Shown in pieces: positions 24,331-36,881 of a DNA stretch of 64,000 nt. Under the pieces are notes generated by a model. That model was not told the origin of the DNA. It ran no database searches and saw nothing but the letters and a program-made list of their open reading frames with translations. Position 1 is the stretch's first letter. The number at the start of each line of letters is the position of its first letter. This DNA is from Octopus sinensis (lineage: Eukaryota). Made by a program: the position numbers and the translations under genes. Location: NCBI RefSeq assembly GCF_006345805.1, contig NC_042998.1, positions 108,314,001 through 108,378,000 on the forward strand, written 5' to 3'.

Positions 24331-25404
24331 CCTGAAAAAAGGTAGACAAAAAAATCATCAAATTTAGTCCGAACACCCTACGTATTTGTGTGTGTGTATT
24401 TATATAGAGAGAGGAAGAGAGAGAGAGAAAGACATATACATAGACAAACACACACACGCACGCATGTACACATACACACACACACATATAATCGATCATT
24501 TTTCAATAGATATTTTTGTAGTCATAGAGTGAATTTTTTTTATAATAGTTTTCTTGTACCAGAAAACTTCTAATTTACTGCATCTGTGGTAAACGTATCT
24601 TTGTGTGTAAGACTGCATTCTCTAAATGCAGTCATTATTCTTCTCCGTCCTCTTCTAAATCTTAAACACCCCTAGAGGGAGTTTGTGCTTTCTAATTGCA
24701 TGAATAATCACAAGCTTTCTCAATTCCTTCTATTACACAAGTGAGACCTTTCTTTAAGCCGATAGGTTAGCTAATAATGAAATACGCATCGATTACTTTT
24801 CTGCCATTCACTTATTTATTCCGTTGTTGTTGAAGCTGTTGTTATTGCAACGCTCTCTCATTCCCTCCCTCTTTCTCGACTTAACTGACTTAACCGACTT
24901 AATCGTATCCTTAAGCACCAATCGAGGGAGATTTTGTCTACAACTTGCATGAATAATATCAATTAAACGATTTTAAACTCACTATATTGCATATGTGGGA
25001 CGCTGTCGCATTGCATATCTGTAAAACATTCCACGTTGGTATTTTCCCTCAATCAGATTTTTGATGTTTGTCGGCAGTTCGCTAAATTTGTTTACTGATC
25101 CGTAAATTTGTTGGCGGCTCCGGAAGTTTATTATACATCACTGAATGTATTAACTGGTCCTTAAATCTGTTAGTTTTTCACTAAATTCTGCATAACCGAT
25201 TATGTAGCACTAATAAAACCTGAAAGAATAAAAATGTGACATCCGTAAGATTGGAACTCAGAACAGCTAATTTGACACAGGTAGTCAATTGAGAAAAAAT
25301 CTAAGGCCAATGGAAATAGAAAATAGATTAAAAACCATCAGTTTTAGTGCATATAGAAAACTCAAAATACGTCTACTACTAATCACCTGCACCTGTAATA
25401 TTGC

Positions 25405-25680
25405 TTTCAAATTTTGACACAAGGCCAGCAATTTCAGGGAAAGGGTTAGTTGATTATTTTGATCCCAGTGCTCAACTGGTACTTATTTTATCGATTCCGA
25501 AAGGATAAAAGGCAAAGTCGACCTCGGTGGAATTTAAACTTAGATCGTAAAGGCGGATGAAATGCTACAATGCATTTTACCCGGCGTACTAACGATTTTG
25601 CCATCTGGCAGCCTTAAAAAACGGACGAAATACCGCTGAGCATTTTATCCGGCGTGCTAATGATTCTGTCAGCTCTCTGT
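25405..25680 (-). mobile_element. tRNA-derived SINE with duplicated head
   Basis: SINE body at 25405-25615 plus a second head segment (gacgaaataccgc..gtgctaatgattctgtcagctc) at ~25620-25680. Confidence 0.82.
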
Positions 25681-27999
25681 CTTTATTCCTTCCATAATAT
25701 TGATTTCTTATTTAATAGGAAGGCTATTCGTCTACTGCTGAACAGACTGAGCCTGCGTGGCATTCATGCCTTTCTTAAGGCTGTTAGTTCTTTCAACGAT
25801 GTGAAATATCTTCAACCAGGAATCACCGCTTACCTTGTTTATAAAGGTGCTTTTATTTTACCTTTCTTCAGTTGTTGAGATATAGGCTACCCACTTTTTG
25901 TAAGATCGGAAGAAAATTAGAGACAAAATGAAGAATGAAAAAATTATAAATCAGGTAGGGAAGCAACAATAATAACGACAATAACAATAAAAAAAACAAA
26001 TACAAGCCTAATTTGTTTCCACTCCCCAGTGTTATTTTTTCTCAAGGTTAATTGTTGTTGTTAAAATGAAGAACAATAAAGGTCACATTGAAGCTCGGCC
26101 AGTAAACACGAATAAATGGTTATAATAATCGTTGGAAATGAGTTTTCGTTATTCAAATTTTCACACTTTCAAAGTAATCTAATTTTAAATTCTGTACCTG
26201 AAGATTACATAACCATGAAGCATGGCTACACACTGAGGCACACTCACATAAACACGTATGCTCACTCACATTTACTTACACGTATATACACACATATACT
26301 CACACAGAGACATACGCTCACATACGCAGACATACATTTACACATACACTCATTTTAACGTACCTATGAATACTCATAAGGTACACATGAACACACACAT
26401 ACATGCACATATACACACAAATACCTACATACACACATACACATGGAAAGAGATGGCAACATATGCACGTACACACAGAAATATAATAGAAAAATGAGCA
26501 CACACATTCACAGATACGTGTGCATTTGTATATGTGTGTGTATGTATATGTGTGTGTGTGTGTGTGTGTGTGCGTGTATGTGCATGTATATATGTTTGCG
26601 TGAACGTGTGTGTGCATGCAGACACACACAAATACATTTTTTATGACGTAGTTTATTTTTGCTGATCGTTGGATGCTTCATCGATCACGTGATTAATCTA
26701 TTTCTGGCATCAAAACTCTCTCAGTGCAACTGATTGTCAATGACGTCAGTATAATATTTCTCCTGTCGCTCCAGTAATGTTCCAGTATTTTTACCCTTCA
26801 TCCTGTTATTTTCCTCCTGTTATTTTCCCTTACCTGTCACCATGGAGCGTCTGCATGCTAGAACAACATATTTATTGTTAGAAATAGCAGCCACATATCC
26901 CTTAAATCACACCCTACCTGTCTTATAAATGGAAAGCCACAGTGAATGGTGTAGTTTGTGTGAAACTGTCTGAAAAACAAAACAAAACAGGCATAGAATA
27001 AAAAAAAAACAGTTTGTCACAGGTAGAGAAGAAAGCCTTTGATTGTAGGTCTGCTCCATCAGGGCTGCTTTGAAGTTTACAACAATATTGTGTTTTTTTA
27101 GTATTGCTTTTGTCTTCGAAAGGTTATTTTCTTTAGACATCTTCAATCATATGGCATCTTACGGGTACTTTCATTTGTCTTTTCTCTTCTCAAATTATTA
27201 TTATTCGAGGTCTCATTTTCCAAGCTGAGCTTCAGGTCTATGTCGCCACCCAGTATTTACTGTTGTTAATGTTTCACAGTTATGGGCCGTAAGAGTTTTT
27301 TTCACATTTTACATAAATATTTGTCTAAGATGTCTAAAAAGAAATATAACTTCAGTAAGAAGATGGTATTGGTTAGAGAAGGCACTAAGAGAGTGTATGT
27401 GAAAGGGCGTCTCTTTTTTGCTGAACGAACAGGGGTTGAATGAGAGATAGCCAAAGAATATAAAGAGTTTCGTTGCCGTAAACATTTGCTTTACCGTGAA
27501 TGCAGTAGTCCTGCGTGTAAAGAAAAGGCTATAGCAGCCTCAATGTTACCAGGGACAAAACAATCGCACACAACTATTACAACCGTTATCAATAGCAACA
27601 ACAATATAATTGCCAACAAAAGTATCAGCATCGTAATTCCACGAATTAGAATAAAACAGAGGGAACAAAAAGAAGCCGCAACTATTCTGTAAAAATGCAA
27701 ACAATTGCTGCATGAATATAAATAAGCCCACAAAGGCTAGCTCCTTTACCGAATGAGAAGTTGAGCGAAGCAAAACAAGCATGTCAAGAAAGGTAGTATG
27801 TTGGTAAAATCGAAAGAAAACATTCAAAAAATTAAACAGGGGACCACTGTCTATTTAACAAGCAGCAAGAATCAACGAACCCTGTCCAATACGAAACAGC
27901 ACACCAAAAGGTACGCCACTATTTAGAGAGAAAGACAGAACTATTTCTATGTCCTCTTATAGGGAACGTTGCTTTACACAACCATAAGAAACGAGCCAC

Positions 28000-28640
28000 C
28001 GGGGATGTCGGTTAACAATATAAACCGGCCTATTAGGAAAATAAGTTGTGATCACAACTAAACTGCAGTATCTGGTAAGGCAGAATAACAGAAAGATTAT
28101 CTTTGATTGACGGGATGGTGGACACCTTTTCAAAAGAATAGGAAGCAGAACCAGAGTAAAGATTAATAGGGAAGTCAGTGGAATTACAGAATGGCACCCA
28201 ACGAAACAAATTCATGCTTTCGGATAGTATTTTTGGGCACTAGACAAACAGATTAATCAAGTATCTTGAGTTTTGATTTGGTTTGCAATTTCAGATATAT
28301 GGATACTGAGTCGAGGTTACAAGCAAGAAAGTCTCACTTAGAAATGGGCTATTCTTCAAAGTTCGGACAGAGGTGAAAAACGTGCATCTTATCTCTGTCA
28401 TATATTATCGCCAGGCCTTTTGCTTTGTCCCATTATTTTTCTGATCAGAATGGAACGTATCTCTTTCATAAGAAGCGTAAGAACGAATATTTCAGGCGGT
28501 CTATTTGCTGCTGACACCTGCATGGAAGTTATGCTCAGTATGGTGTGGCTGGTGATGCTTAGACGTGGTCGGGGAATGTGAATTTTACAAAGATTTTTAC
28601 ACCACCAGCGGATGTGATCGCTTTTGTAAGGCATAATTTT
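28000..28640 (+). mobile_element. Decayed RTE (Rex3/Expander-like) LINE 3' fragment
   Basis: MDTESRLQA..EMG, VPLFF and ERIFQAV..LTP resemble the RTE pattern MT...RSRIQAAEM.FL / VEPLL / RMP.ER..R.V..A.P. Confidence 0.5.
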
Positions 28641-29970
28641 CCACAGATAGACCAGTTGATGGAACTGCTTCCCTAGGTCAATAGTAAATAAAAATTAGAT
28701 GCCTGATAGTTGGAATATTCTCTATCAACCGGGTAAACTGTCGATTGAGCTTACACGATAGCGTTTTAGAGAAGACGAGTAGTAGACTAGAGCGAGATAT
28801 TTTTGAAAATGAGCTGATTTTCTTTTTTGTTAATTTCTGCTATATCTTGCTTTTATATTTTGTGTTTTGCATCACATTTTTGCATAAACTCCGATGTCTT
28901 TAAACTCTTGTTTGTAATAAAGAAATAATTATTCTCTTTTGAGGAGAGTAGACCTGTTTTACAGTTTTGGAAGAATCGGATTACTGTGTTTGGATTTAAG
29001 GGAAAACGAAGTTTCGGACAATTACGTTCTTTGAACTTATGAATTATTATCTTTTTTTTTACCTTGAAGTGGGTAAAAAGTTTGTAGTTAGACATTTTTT
29101 TTAGATTTTATGCGCATTGGCAGATCGTAAGACTTCCCGGTATTTTTCTCTTCCTGCCGAAATTAACTTCACCATTCATCCCTCTGAGTTCAATAAAAGA
29201 AAGTACCAATCAAATATTAGAATCGAGAGGATTAATAGTTTTGTGCTTAAATCAGGAACCATCATTGTCATTTGAAAGGTTGGGTCTTTTGGTTAATTGT
29301 ATCTTGTTTAGTAGTATTTTGGTTGTCAAAATAAATAGTTTCTCTAATATTTTTAATAGGAATAACTGTGGTCAAGATTTCAAAACATAAGATGCAATGG
29401 TCATCTTGAAGTAAAAATATCTGCAGTTAGTTTAAACAATATTTAACAAGGGTTGTTCAATAAATCATCGACTGAAATAAATTAAGATGAGATGTTTTTT
29501 GAAGGAGTTAAGAAAGCATATGTTTAGAGTAGATTGATCTCAAACGCTGAAAAAATTGTGATGCTTCCATGGAAACTTATCGATTTCGAGCTTGATCCTT
29601 GCTGGGAGTTTAAGCAATGAGACACAAATTTGAAATAATTAGCTACAATATTTTTCCAGTGCATCAAAACGTATATTTTGTTGCATTTCAAATAGATATC
29701 AAAATACGAATCACGTACAAACACAGTGCTAGAAGTAAATTAGATACTGAGGTTTCTGATTATTCGACTGAATATATAAGTCAACATGAATGGACTGGAG
29801 GCTATGATGGAAGAACAATATTCAATGTTGCAAAAATCATTCCTGGAGAACTCTGATTCAAATGATAATGTGATACAATGAATACTAATACACACACACA
29901 CATACACACACACACACACACATATATATGCATACACACACATACCTATGTATATATGTTGTGTGTGTGA

Positions 29971-30005
<35 letters not shown>

Positions 30006-30294
30006 TGCATGTAAGCATATAAATATACATGTGTATATCAGTGTGTGTACGTGTGTGTGTGTAAGTAGGCACGTAATATATTTGTATCTTTGCATGTGTA
30101 TGCCCCATCTTTCTACGCCTCATTGAAGGGGTGCGACTCCCTGTCATTCTCTTTTTCCTCCTCTCTGGATTCTTCTATCGCTGTTTCTATCTCTTACCAC
30201 ATTACTTTTTGTCTTTCTCTTTCCTTCTTTATTCAGTTATTTGTTTATAGTCAGTGGACAGCGCCCAATCTAAGAGGCCTTGAAGGATTTAGGT

Positions 30295-30740
30295 GAACAA
30301 ACCGACACCAGTATTTATTTTAAAGACTGGTACTTGAGTCTGGTACTTAATAAATAGGAATCTTTTGCCGAATGCTATGTTATTGAGATTTAAACAAACC
30401 AAAACCAGTTACCAAGCGGCGGTGGGAAACAAACACATCACAAACACAAAGGCAGACTAATAGAAAGGCATACACACGCATGCATACGCACACACACACA
30501 CACACACACGCGCACACGCGCGTGCACACACACACACATACACAAGCATACACTCTCCCCCTTTTCTTTCACACATATTCACACATATGAACGGTTTCTT
30601 TCGGTTTCTGTCAACTAAATCCATTCGTGCTGAGGGTATAGTGTAAGACACTAAAACAGGGTGCTGCACAGTGGCACTCCTCAACTGATCTCAGGACCAA
30701 ATGGGTAGGAAGTAAGTTCCTTAACCATAGCACCAGTCTA
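30295..30740 (-). mobile_element. tRNA-derived SINE (second family) with internal CA/TA microsatellite
   Basis: Head ..aaggaacttacttcctaccc..tcctgagatcag; body agtgtcttacac..gatttagttgacagaaaccgaaagaa; tail ..cggcaaaagattcc..aagtaccag. Confidence 0.7.
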
Positions 30741-30879
30741 CACCTATAAAGTGTACATCACCTCTCCTGTTTGGAAACAAATTTTTCCCTCCTGCATGAC
30801 ACCCGCGGATCCCTATTTCAAATATATTTACCAGTCTCATGTTATCAATGTGCCTTTTCGCTACTATATTCTATCGGTG

Positions 30880-32040
30880 ATAATACAGTTACTCTTGTAT
30901 TTAATTTCAAGATAGTGGCCTACGATGAAATCAGATCAGCTATGGCTTTGACTATTGTCATTGGAACTTTAGCAAGTTGAAGGGCTTCCAGCATCCTTGA
31001 GTGGGGAACAGAGTCAAAGGCTTTCTTGTGGTCTACCCATATTGAAACTAGAATCCGCCTATGCTCTCGCACCTCTGGCATCACAGCTTTGTTGATTAAT
31101 AATTGTTCGGCATATCCCCAGACTCCCTTCTTCCCAGCTGCGTGTGCTGTGATAATGTTATTGGTTTGACTATGGTCCTGAAGGAAGAGGTTTAAACATG
31201 CAGTATATCTTATACATTAAGTTCTGATGGCCTGTAGTTTTTTTCCATGTGGGTGGTTCTGCATTTGGGGATCAATTTTGTCTCTGCCAGAGCTAACCTG
31301 TGTGGTATGCTACTGTTCCCAAAGAGAACTTGCTGGTTAAGATTGATAAGATATGGTCGATAGAATGTTAGCTTCTTGTATCAACATTCAACAATCAAGT
31401 CTCTCCCAGGTGCTTTTCCATCCAGGAATTTCTGGATAACAGTCGCAAGAGTTTCACCATCAATGTTGTATGTCTTAGACGTAACGCAGGAGAAATAACT
31501 TTTTCGGAGTTCTTCCAGCTACAGAGCATCTTGATTAAAATCCTTCTCTTCATTCCTGATTTCCCTCCAGAAGGAGTCTATGTCTTCTAGTGAAGGAGCT
31601 TCCATGATGTTTACTGCTCCTCCTCTCATGTCTCTGTGTACTGCTGCCTGGTTGCGGTTAAACTTGTTGTTTATTGTTCTTCTCTCGGTTATTCTCTTCT
31701 GATGTCGGAGCTTTTCACTGACAGCTTTTAGCTCCTGCGTGAAGGTAATCAGTTTGCAAGTGAGTGTCCTCTTATGTATGTATGTATGTATGTATGTATG
31801 TATGTATGTATGTATGTATGTATGTATGTATGCATGCATGCATGTATGTATGTATGTATGTATGTATGTATGTATGTTTGTGTGTATGTATGTATGTTTG
31901 TGTGTATGTATGTATGTGTGTGCATGTGTGTATGTGTACTTCCATGGCGATCTGGTACTGGCTTTATTTGAAACAACATCGTTAATATTGTATGAAAGAC
32001 CCAAACTAATTAGCTTCTTCAAATATTTTGGATTGGCCAG
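30880..32040 (-). mobile_element. R4/Dong-like LINE family B, N-terminal RT fragment interrupted by (TATG)n
   Basis: QELKA..LR..KR..INNKF..FW, WKAPG, KNYRP, EQLLINKAV and WVDHKKAFDSVPH motifs. (TATG)n array at 31766-31935. Confidence 0.9.
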
Positions 32041-32842
32041 ACTGTTAACGGAAACTCGAAAAAATTATACGAATTTTATATAAAAATTTAATAAAATAAT
32101 TTAGCAATCTAGCAATAAATTTCAATGGATATTTGAAAATGAAAATAATTTTATTATGTCAGTGAAGTCTTGCATTTAAACCTTTTTACGGAGCAATTAA
32201 AAATTAATTGTTCGATCAGTAGTACTTCTCCACTTTGCACCATATTATTGATAAAAAAAATCGATAGATTAGTGCTAGGCCAAATAATCATCAAAAGTTA
32301 AGTGGTATGATAAATTAGAATATCAATTTTAAGCTAATTTGAAAATTATAGATCTTATTTCATTTAGGATTGTTTCAGTTTTAAACTAGCATGTTTGTCC
32401 GACCTTCCCTCCTCCCCTCACACTCAAAGATGAATTAGGGGAAACATCAAACAGTTTTGTAATGCCAAAGATTTTAATTACCAAATGAAAATTTCTGACA
32501 AGTATGGGACTTCTTGCAGAAGAGTTTTGTTAAAAAAACTTAGCTTGTAAACATATTAATGTAGTGACGTTCACCTTTATTATAGAAATATCGTAGATAG
32601 TAGTTTCTCTGAAAACACTTTTATTGGTTATCACCAACTTTTACTGACCTAGGTAAAGACCGACAGTGTGAGAGATAGACATGTGTGTATTTGCATATAT
32701 GCATGGGTATATGTAGATATATGCATAGAAATATGTATATGTTTATGAAAGTATATATTCTAATATAGGATAAAATTTTTTCAAAAAATTTCATCGAAGT
32801 GGCCAGCATATTAAAATAACTTTAAAGGTGAAAATTATAAAC

Positions 32843-33096
32843 AATTATAAACAAGGCATAAAAAAAGATTTCTATGCCAATATGCTGAGAATAGACTTTA
32901 AATCGTCAATCACCACGTACAATATACATCACTATGAATTCACGTAGTGCTGAAATCGAGGAAGGTAAGCTAACAGAATTTTTAAAACTGCATTATCTCT
33001 ATATTGAATCAATTTGTATGCGGTGATTGACGATTTAAAGTCTATTCCCAGAATATTGGCATAGAAATCTTTTTACTTTTGCCCTTGTTTATAATT
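32843..33096. mobile_element. Foldback MITE-like element with ~80-bp inverted arms
   Basis: aaaaaagatttctatgccaatatgctgagaatagactttaaatcgtcaatcacc..tacaa (32861-32922) versus its reverse complement at 33014-33074 (4 mismatches by eye); arms extend to aattataaacaagg / ccttgtttataatt. Confidence 0.85.
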
Positions 33097-33097
33097 T

Positions 33098-33166
<69 letters not shown>

Positions 33167-33341
33167 GTGTGTGTGTGTGTGTGTGTGTGTGCGTCTGTGT
33201 CTGTGTCTCTGTGTATACATTTGTTTTGTTATATCCGGCCCTGCCGCCTTTATCTAGTCCCGTTATATTTAATGCTTCAACGATATTCATACTTGCATAC
33301 TATTTATATAATAAATAGTAAAAGTATCTCTTGTATCTCTT

Positions 33342-33530
<189 letters not shown>

Positions 33531-33628
33531 TATCTGTAAATGTTTGTATATCTCTATAGGTGTGTAGATGTGTAGGCGTGTCAGTTAGATAAATAGATAG
33601 ACAGTGATATATATATATATATATATAG

Positions 33629-33659
<31 letters not shown>

Positions 33660-33769
33660 ATATATATATAATATATATATATATAATATATATATATATA
33701 TAATCTAACGGTTTTTGTGTGTTTCTTGAATGGGTTATAAACACCTTCCCATTTATAAATGGGTTATAA

Positions 33770-34573
33770 ACACACGAGCTCAGACCAGGTCACTTGCTAT
33801 GCAAGTACATCTCTGTATCTTGAAATGGTAGAGAGTAAATTGATTCAATAAAATAGCTATTGGCTTCAATCCGGGCCTCCAGACGACTTCGGATTCTCCT
33901 GCAACTCTTCTGAACAGTCTCCTTACTTAAGTTAGTGAATGCTGCCATAACCCTTGCTCTCAGTTCATCTTTGGTGTCACAAGGAGTTTTGTTGGTCTCT
34001 CGCTCAACTTCACCCCACACAAGGGGGTTGCAGTCTGGGGAGTTAGGTGGCCAGATGCTAGGGGTGATGTGGTCGGAGAAATTTTCTGACAGCTATGACT
34101 GGGTGCTCTTGCTTGTATGGTATGGTGATGGTGCAGAGTCCTGTTGCCAGACATAGGGTCTTTCAGCAGCCACCCTTTTGACCCAGGGCAGTACTACCTC
34201 CTCCGGGCACTTGATGTAGGCCTCCGTTTTGAGTCTGAGGCCGTGTGGGAAGATGAATGAAGGTATAACGTCCCCATCACTAGTGATCACTCCAAACATC
34301 TTGATGTTGACTGGATGTTTGATTTTTATCACTCTCGGTACATGTTCATATTAGTACATGTTCTTATCGGAGCTTCCGGTGCGAATGTCAAGCAGTACAG
34401 CATGCTTTTTCCAAATTTCTGGCAGAGTGAATTGCGTCATGGTGCTGGTTTTTTCATAAACGGTGCCCAACTGACCCTACTATACTATGTAGTCAACACA
34501 ATCAAAAACAAATAATGCGCATACGCGAAATTAAAATTATAAAATGGCAACAATTTACCCATCGCCCCATGTA
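33770..34573 (-). mobile_element. Internally deleted Tc1/mariner transposon, maT/Bmmar1 (DD37D)-like
   Basis: MFGVITSDG..YVWQQDSAP..TQS*LSENF..IWPPNSPDCNPL..VWGEVE..RLEA. End sequence aaaatggcaacaatttacccatcgccccatgta-TA at 34540-34575. The third catalytic Asp is deleted, so the spacing is inferred from similarity. Confidence 0.88.
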
Positions 34574-35699
34574 TACACACACATAGGTAGATTGATAGAG
34601 AGAGAGAAAGAGAGATATGGCAGACGAAAAAGAGGATTCACTTGTTACTGATAAATACTATTATCGAAGATCATCCGAATAAGTGATTTCCACACCTATT
34701 TATATAATAGAAGGATTTGCTTTCATTTTGATAACATTCATCATCCCTTTGTCACTTTCGTGTTTTAAGCTGTCAGAATAGATCCTAAAAGCATTCTCTG
34801 CAAGAGATCCGGCATTAATGTTGATAGTATAAAAACATTGTTTCCGAGCCTATCAGAATGCTACTTAAACCTCTGGTCTCTTAATGTGCCAGGGCAACTA
34901 TATTTTATACTACAAGTATATCATATTTTATGAAGAAAATAACTCAGAGGTGGGACATCTCCCTTCACGGTTACAGCTTCTCAGAGACTGACGAGATGGA
35001 TGTGATCGAGCTGCACTTCAATATCTACAGGTCGAGGTTTTCAGGAAAATAGGGGAGATGCAGGTACTAGTTTGTGCTTTGTAGATGAGTGAACTCTGTT
35101 AAAGGCATGTAGTTGCTGTTGACTTTACAGCTATATATCACTTTCTCTGTACCTGAGCAATCAGCCTGCTATAGATGCGAGGACTTTGAATGTTACTGGA
35201 AAAAATGTAATAGGCCCATATTTTTGGAAGTTTTTCTTTTCGTTTTTGCAGGTTAGGAATCAATAGTTTCCACATTCAAATGATGTTTACTCCTGTTCCA
35301 TTTACTAGTCATTAAATACAGTTGCGACGGGTTCATAACTCCAGGTTAGATGATACAGGAAGAAATTGAAGTTCTCGTTAACACCAACAGCCCTGCAGTT
35401 ACTTTGCAGCTTCTATCATATCCTGGAACATTTTTCTAGTTAAGCTGTCATGTTAATATTATCTATTTTCCTTCTCTTTTCTGATCCAATTTATTTTCAA
35501 TTGCGTTGAATATTTTTGAATCTGATTTTGCTAATATTAATGGCTAATCAGCTGTATTATTTTTCAAACAAAAGATTCCTTCCATCCAGTCGGTTTTCTT
35601 TTAGTTTATGTAATATACATTTTATTGACGGCCCAGTTTTTATTGTGTTGAAGCAGTTAAGTGGTGGTTTTACTGACTTGCTTAATCAGTAGTTGCAAA

Positions 35700-36200
35700 G
35701 ACTCCTATACATGCTGGAATAGTGAAGTTCAGAGGTGCTTATGATGAAACACCTCAGCAGTGAGATAAACTGATTCAGTCACCTATGTCTTTGCTCTGGA
35801 GTCTCTGCTGCAAGCTGATTCTTGTGCTTGACACAACCTGGTTAGCTTGGTCTGCCTGGCAGAATCAGATTCCTTTTATCTTTTGTTGAGGTATACAGAC
35901 ATTTGATTCAAATTTTAGACCTCTTATTTCCTGATCCAATTGTACGTCTCCCCAGACACACGAGAGAAGAAGGCCCTGCGGCGCGATAAATGCACCGATC
36001 GCTGAAACTTTTAATTCCAGTCATTGAAGAGAAGCAACAGAGAGAATACGAAAAAAAACATATAAAGGGCATCACTTTTCCGTTGCGGCAAGTAACTTCA
36101 CTTGCAGCATATGCCATCGTTGCTGCAGATCAAGAGCAGGCCTTGTAGCCCATTTACGAGTCTTCCAGAGATGATTTCTGAACAGAACAGTCAATGTCGA
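35700..36200 (+). mobile_element. Decayed RTE-like APE-RT linker fragment
   Basis: QADSCA*HNLVS (resembles SADC.TDHNLV) and LIPVIEEKQ (resembles the BovB-type linker). Confidence 0.4.
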
Positions 36201-36366
36201 CCTACGACCTACCACAGATACTCGATAATGATGATGATGATGATGATATATATAGTTTAAGTAACGAGAAGATAGATATTTCTGTTGGATCTTTTCCAGG
36301 AACTCCGCAGTGTTAGTTGAGATAAAAATAATAATGAGAATATGGATTTGGTATCAATCTTTATTT

Positions 36367-36472
36367 TGTACCACAGTGGTTTTGACCCACCCTGCTACTG
36401 TCGCTTATGGGTGGAACTCTGTTCAACATGTTGTGTTGCATCAATTTTGCTATCTGGGTTTCATCAGGTACA
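36367..36472 (-). ncRNA. Degenerate type I hammerhead ribozyme motif (left arm)
   Basis: Minus strand TGTAC-CTGATGA-aACCCA...TGGGTC-aAAA-C-cact-GT-g-GTACA. Stem III C-G pair retained; G10.1 and G12 mutated to A. Confidence 0.5.
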
Positions 36473-36775
36473 TCCATACGTAAAGTTGTGTCTCGCTAAA
36501 GATCCTGAGTTTTGGCTGTCATGTTTTATATGACGGTGTGGTACGATTCTTCTGTCTTAAATCCAATGTAACTCAATCCATCCATGTCCATCCATTAACT
36601 TCCCCTACAATTGTTTTTTGATCAACAATTATTTGTCAATATTTAGAAGTGTTTGCAACTCTTATTGAAGAAAGATAATAGTAATTGAAAATTGTATCAA
36701 TGGTTCATTCCCTTACCAGATGGGCATATAGCTACATGACAACCAAAACTCAGGATCTTTAGCGAGACAACCTTA

Positions 36776-36881
36776 TGTACCTGATGAGACCCAGACTGCA
36801 AGATTAATGCAATACAACATGTTAAACAGAATCCCACCCTTAAGGGACAGTAGCAGGATTGGTCGAAATGACCTTTGTACA
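36776..36881 (+). ncRNA. Degenerate type I hammerhead ribozyme motif (right arm)
   Basis: Stem I TGTAC(36776-80)/GTACA(36877-81); CTGATGA 36781-87; stem II GACC/GGTC plus CTGC/GCAG; GAAA 36865-68; stem III mutated. Confidence 0.6.

Noticed and set aside
27550-27686. Minus-strand exon candidate encoding a signal-peptide-like MLILLLAIILLLLLITVVIVVC
   Set aside because: The splice sites are plausible, but the hydrophobic run coincides with a degenerate (AAC/AAT)n tract, which explains it without selection. RNA-seq could overturn this.
28295-28372. 78-nt open exon candidate YMDTESRLQARKSHLEMGYSSKFGQR
   Set aside because: It matches the RTE LINE C-terminal SRIQAAEM motif and sits within the RTE remnant.
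29105-29126. 22-nt exon candidate (tttttag|..|gtaaga)
   Set aside because: It overlaps a decayed SINE head (ttggcagatcgt..ttcatccctctgagttcaataaaa..aagtacc).
32945-32970. Strong donor GAAG|gtaagc
   Set aside because: It lies in the spacer of the foldback MITE and has no matching acceptor.
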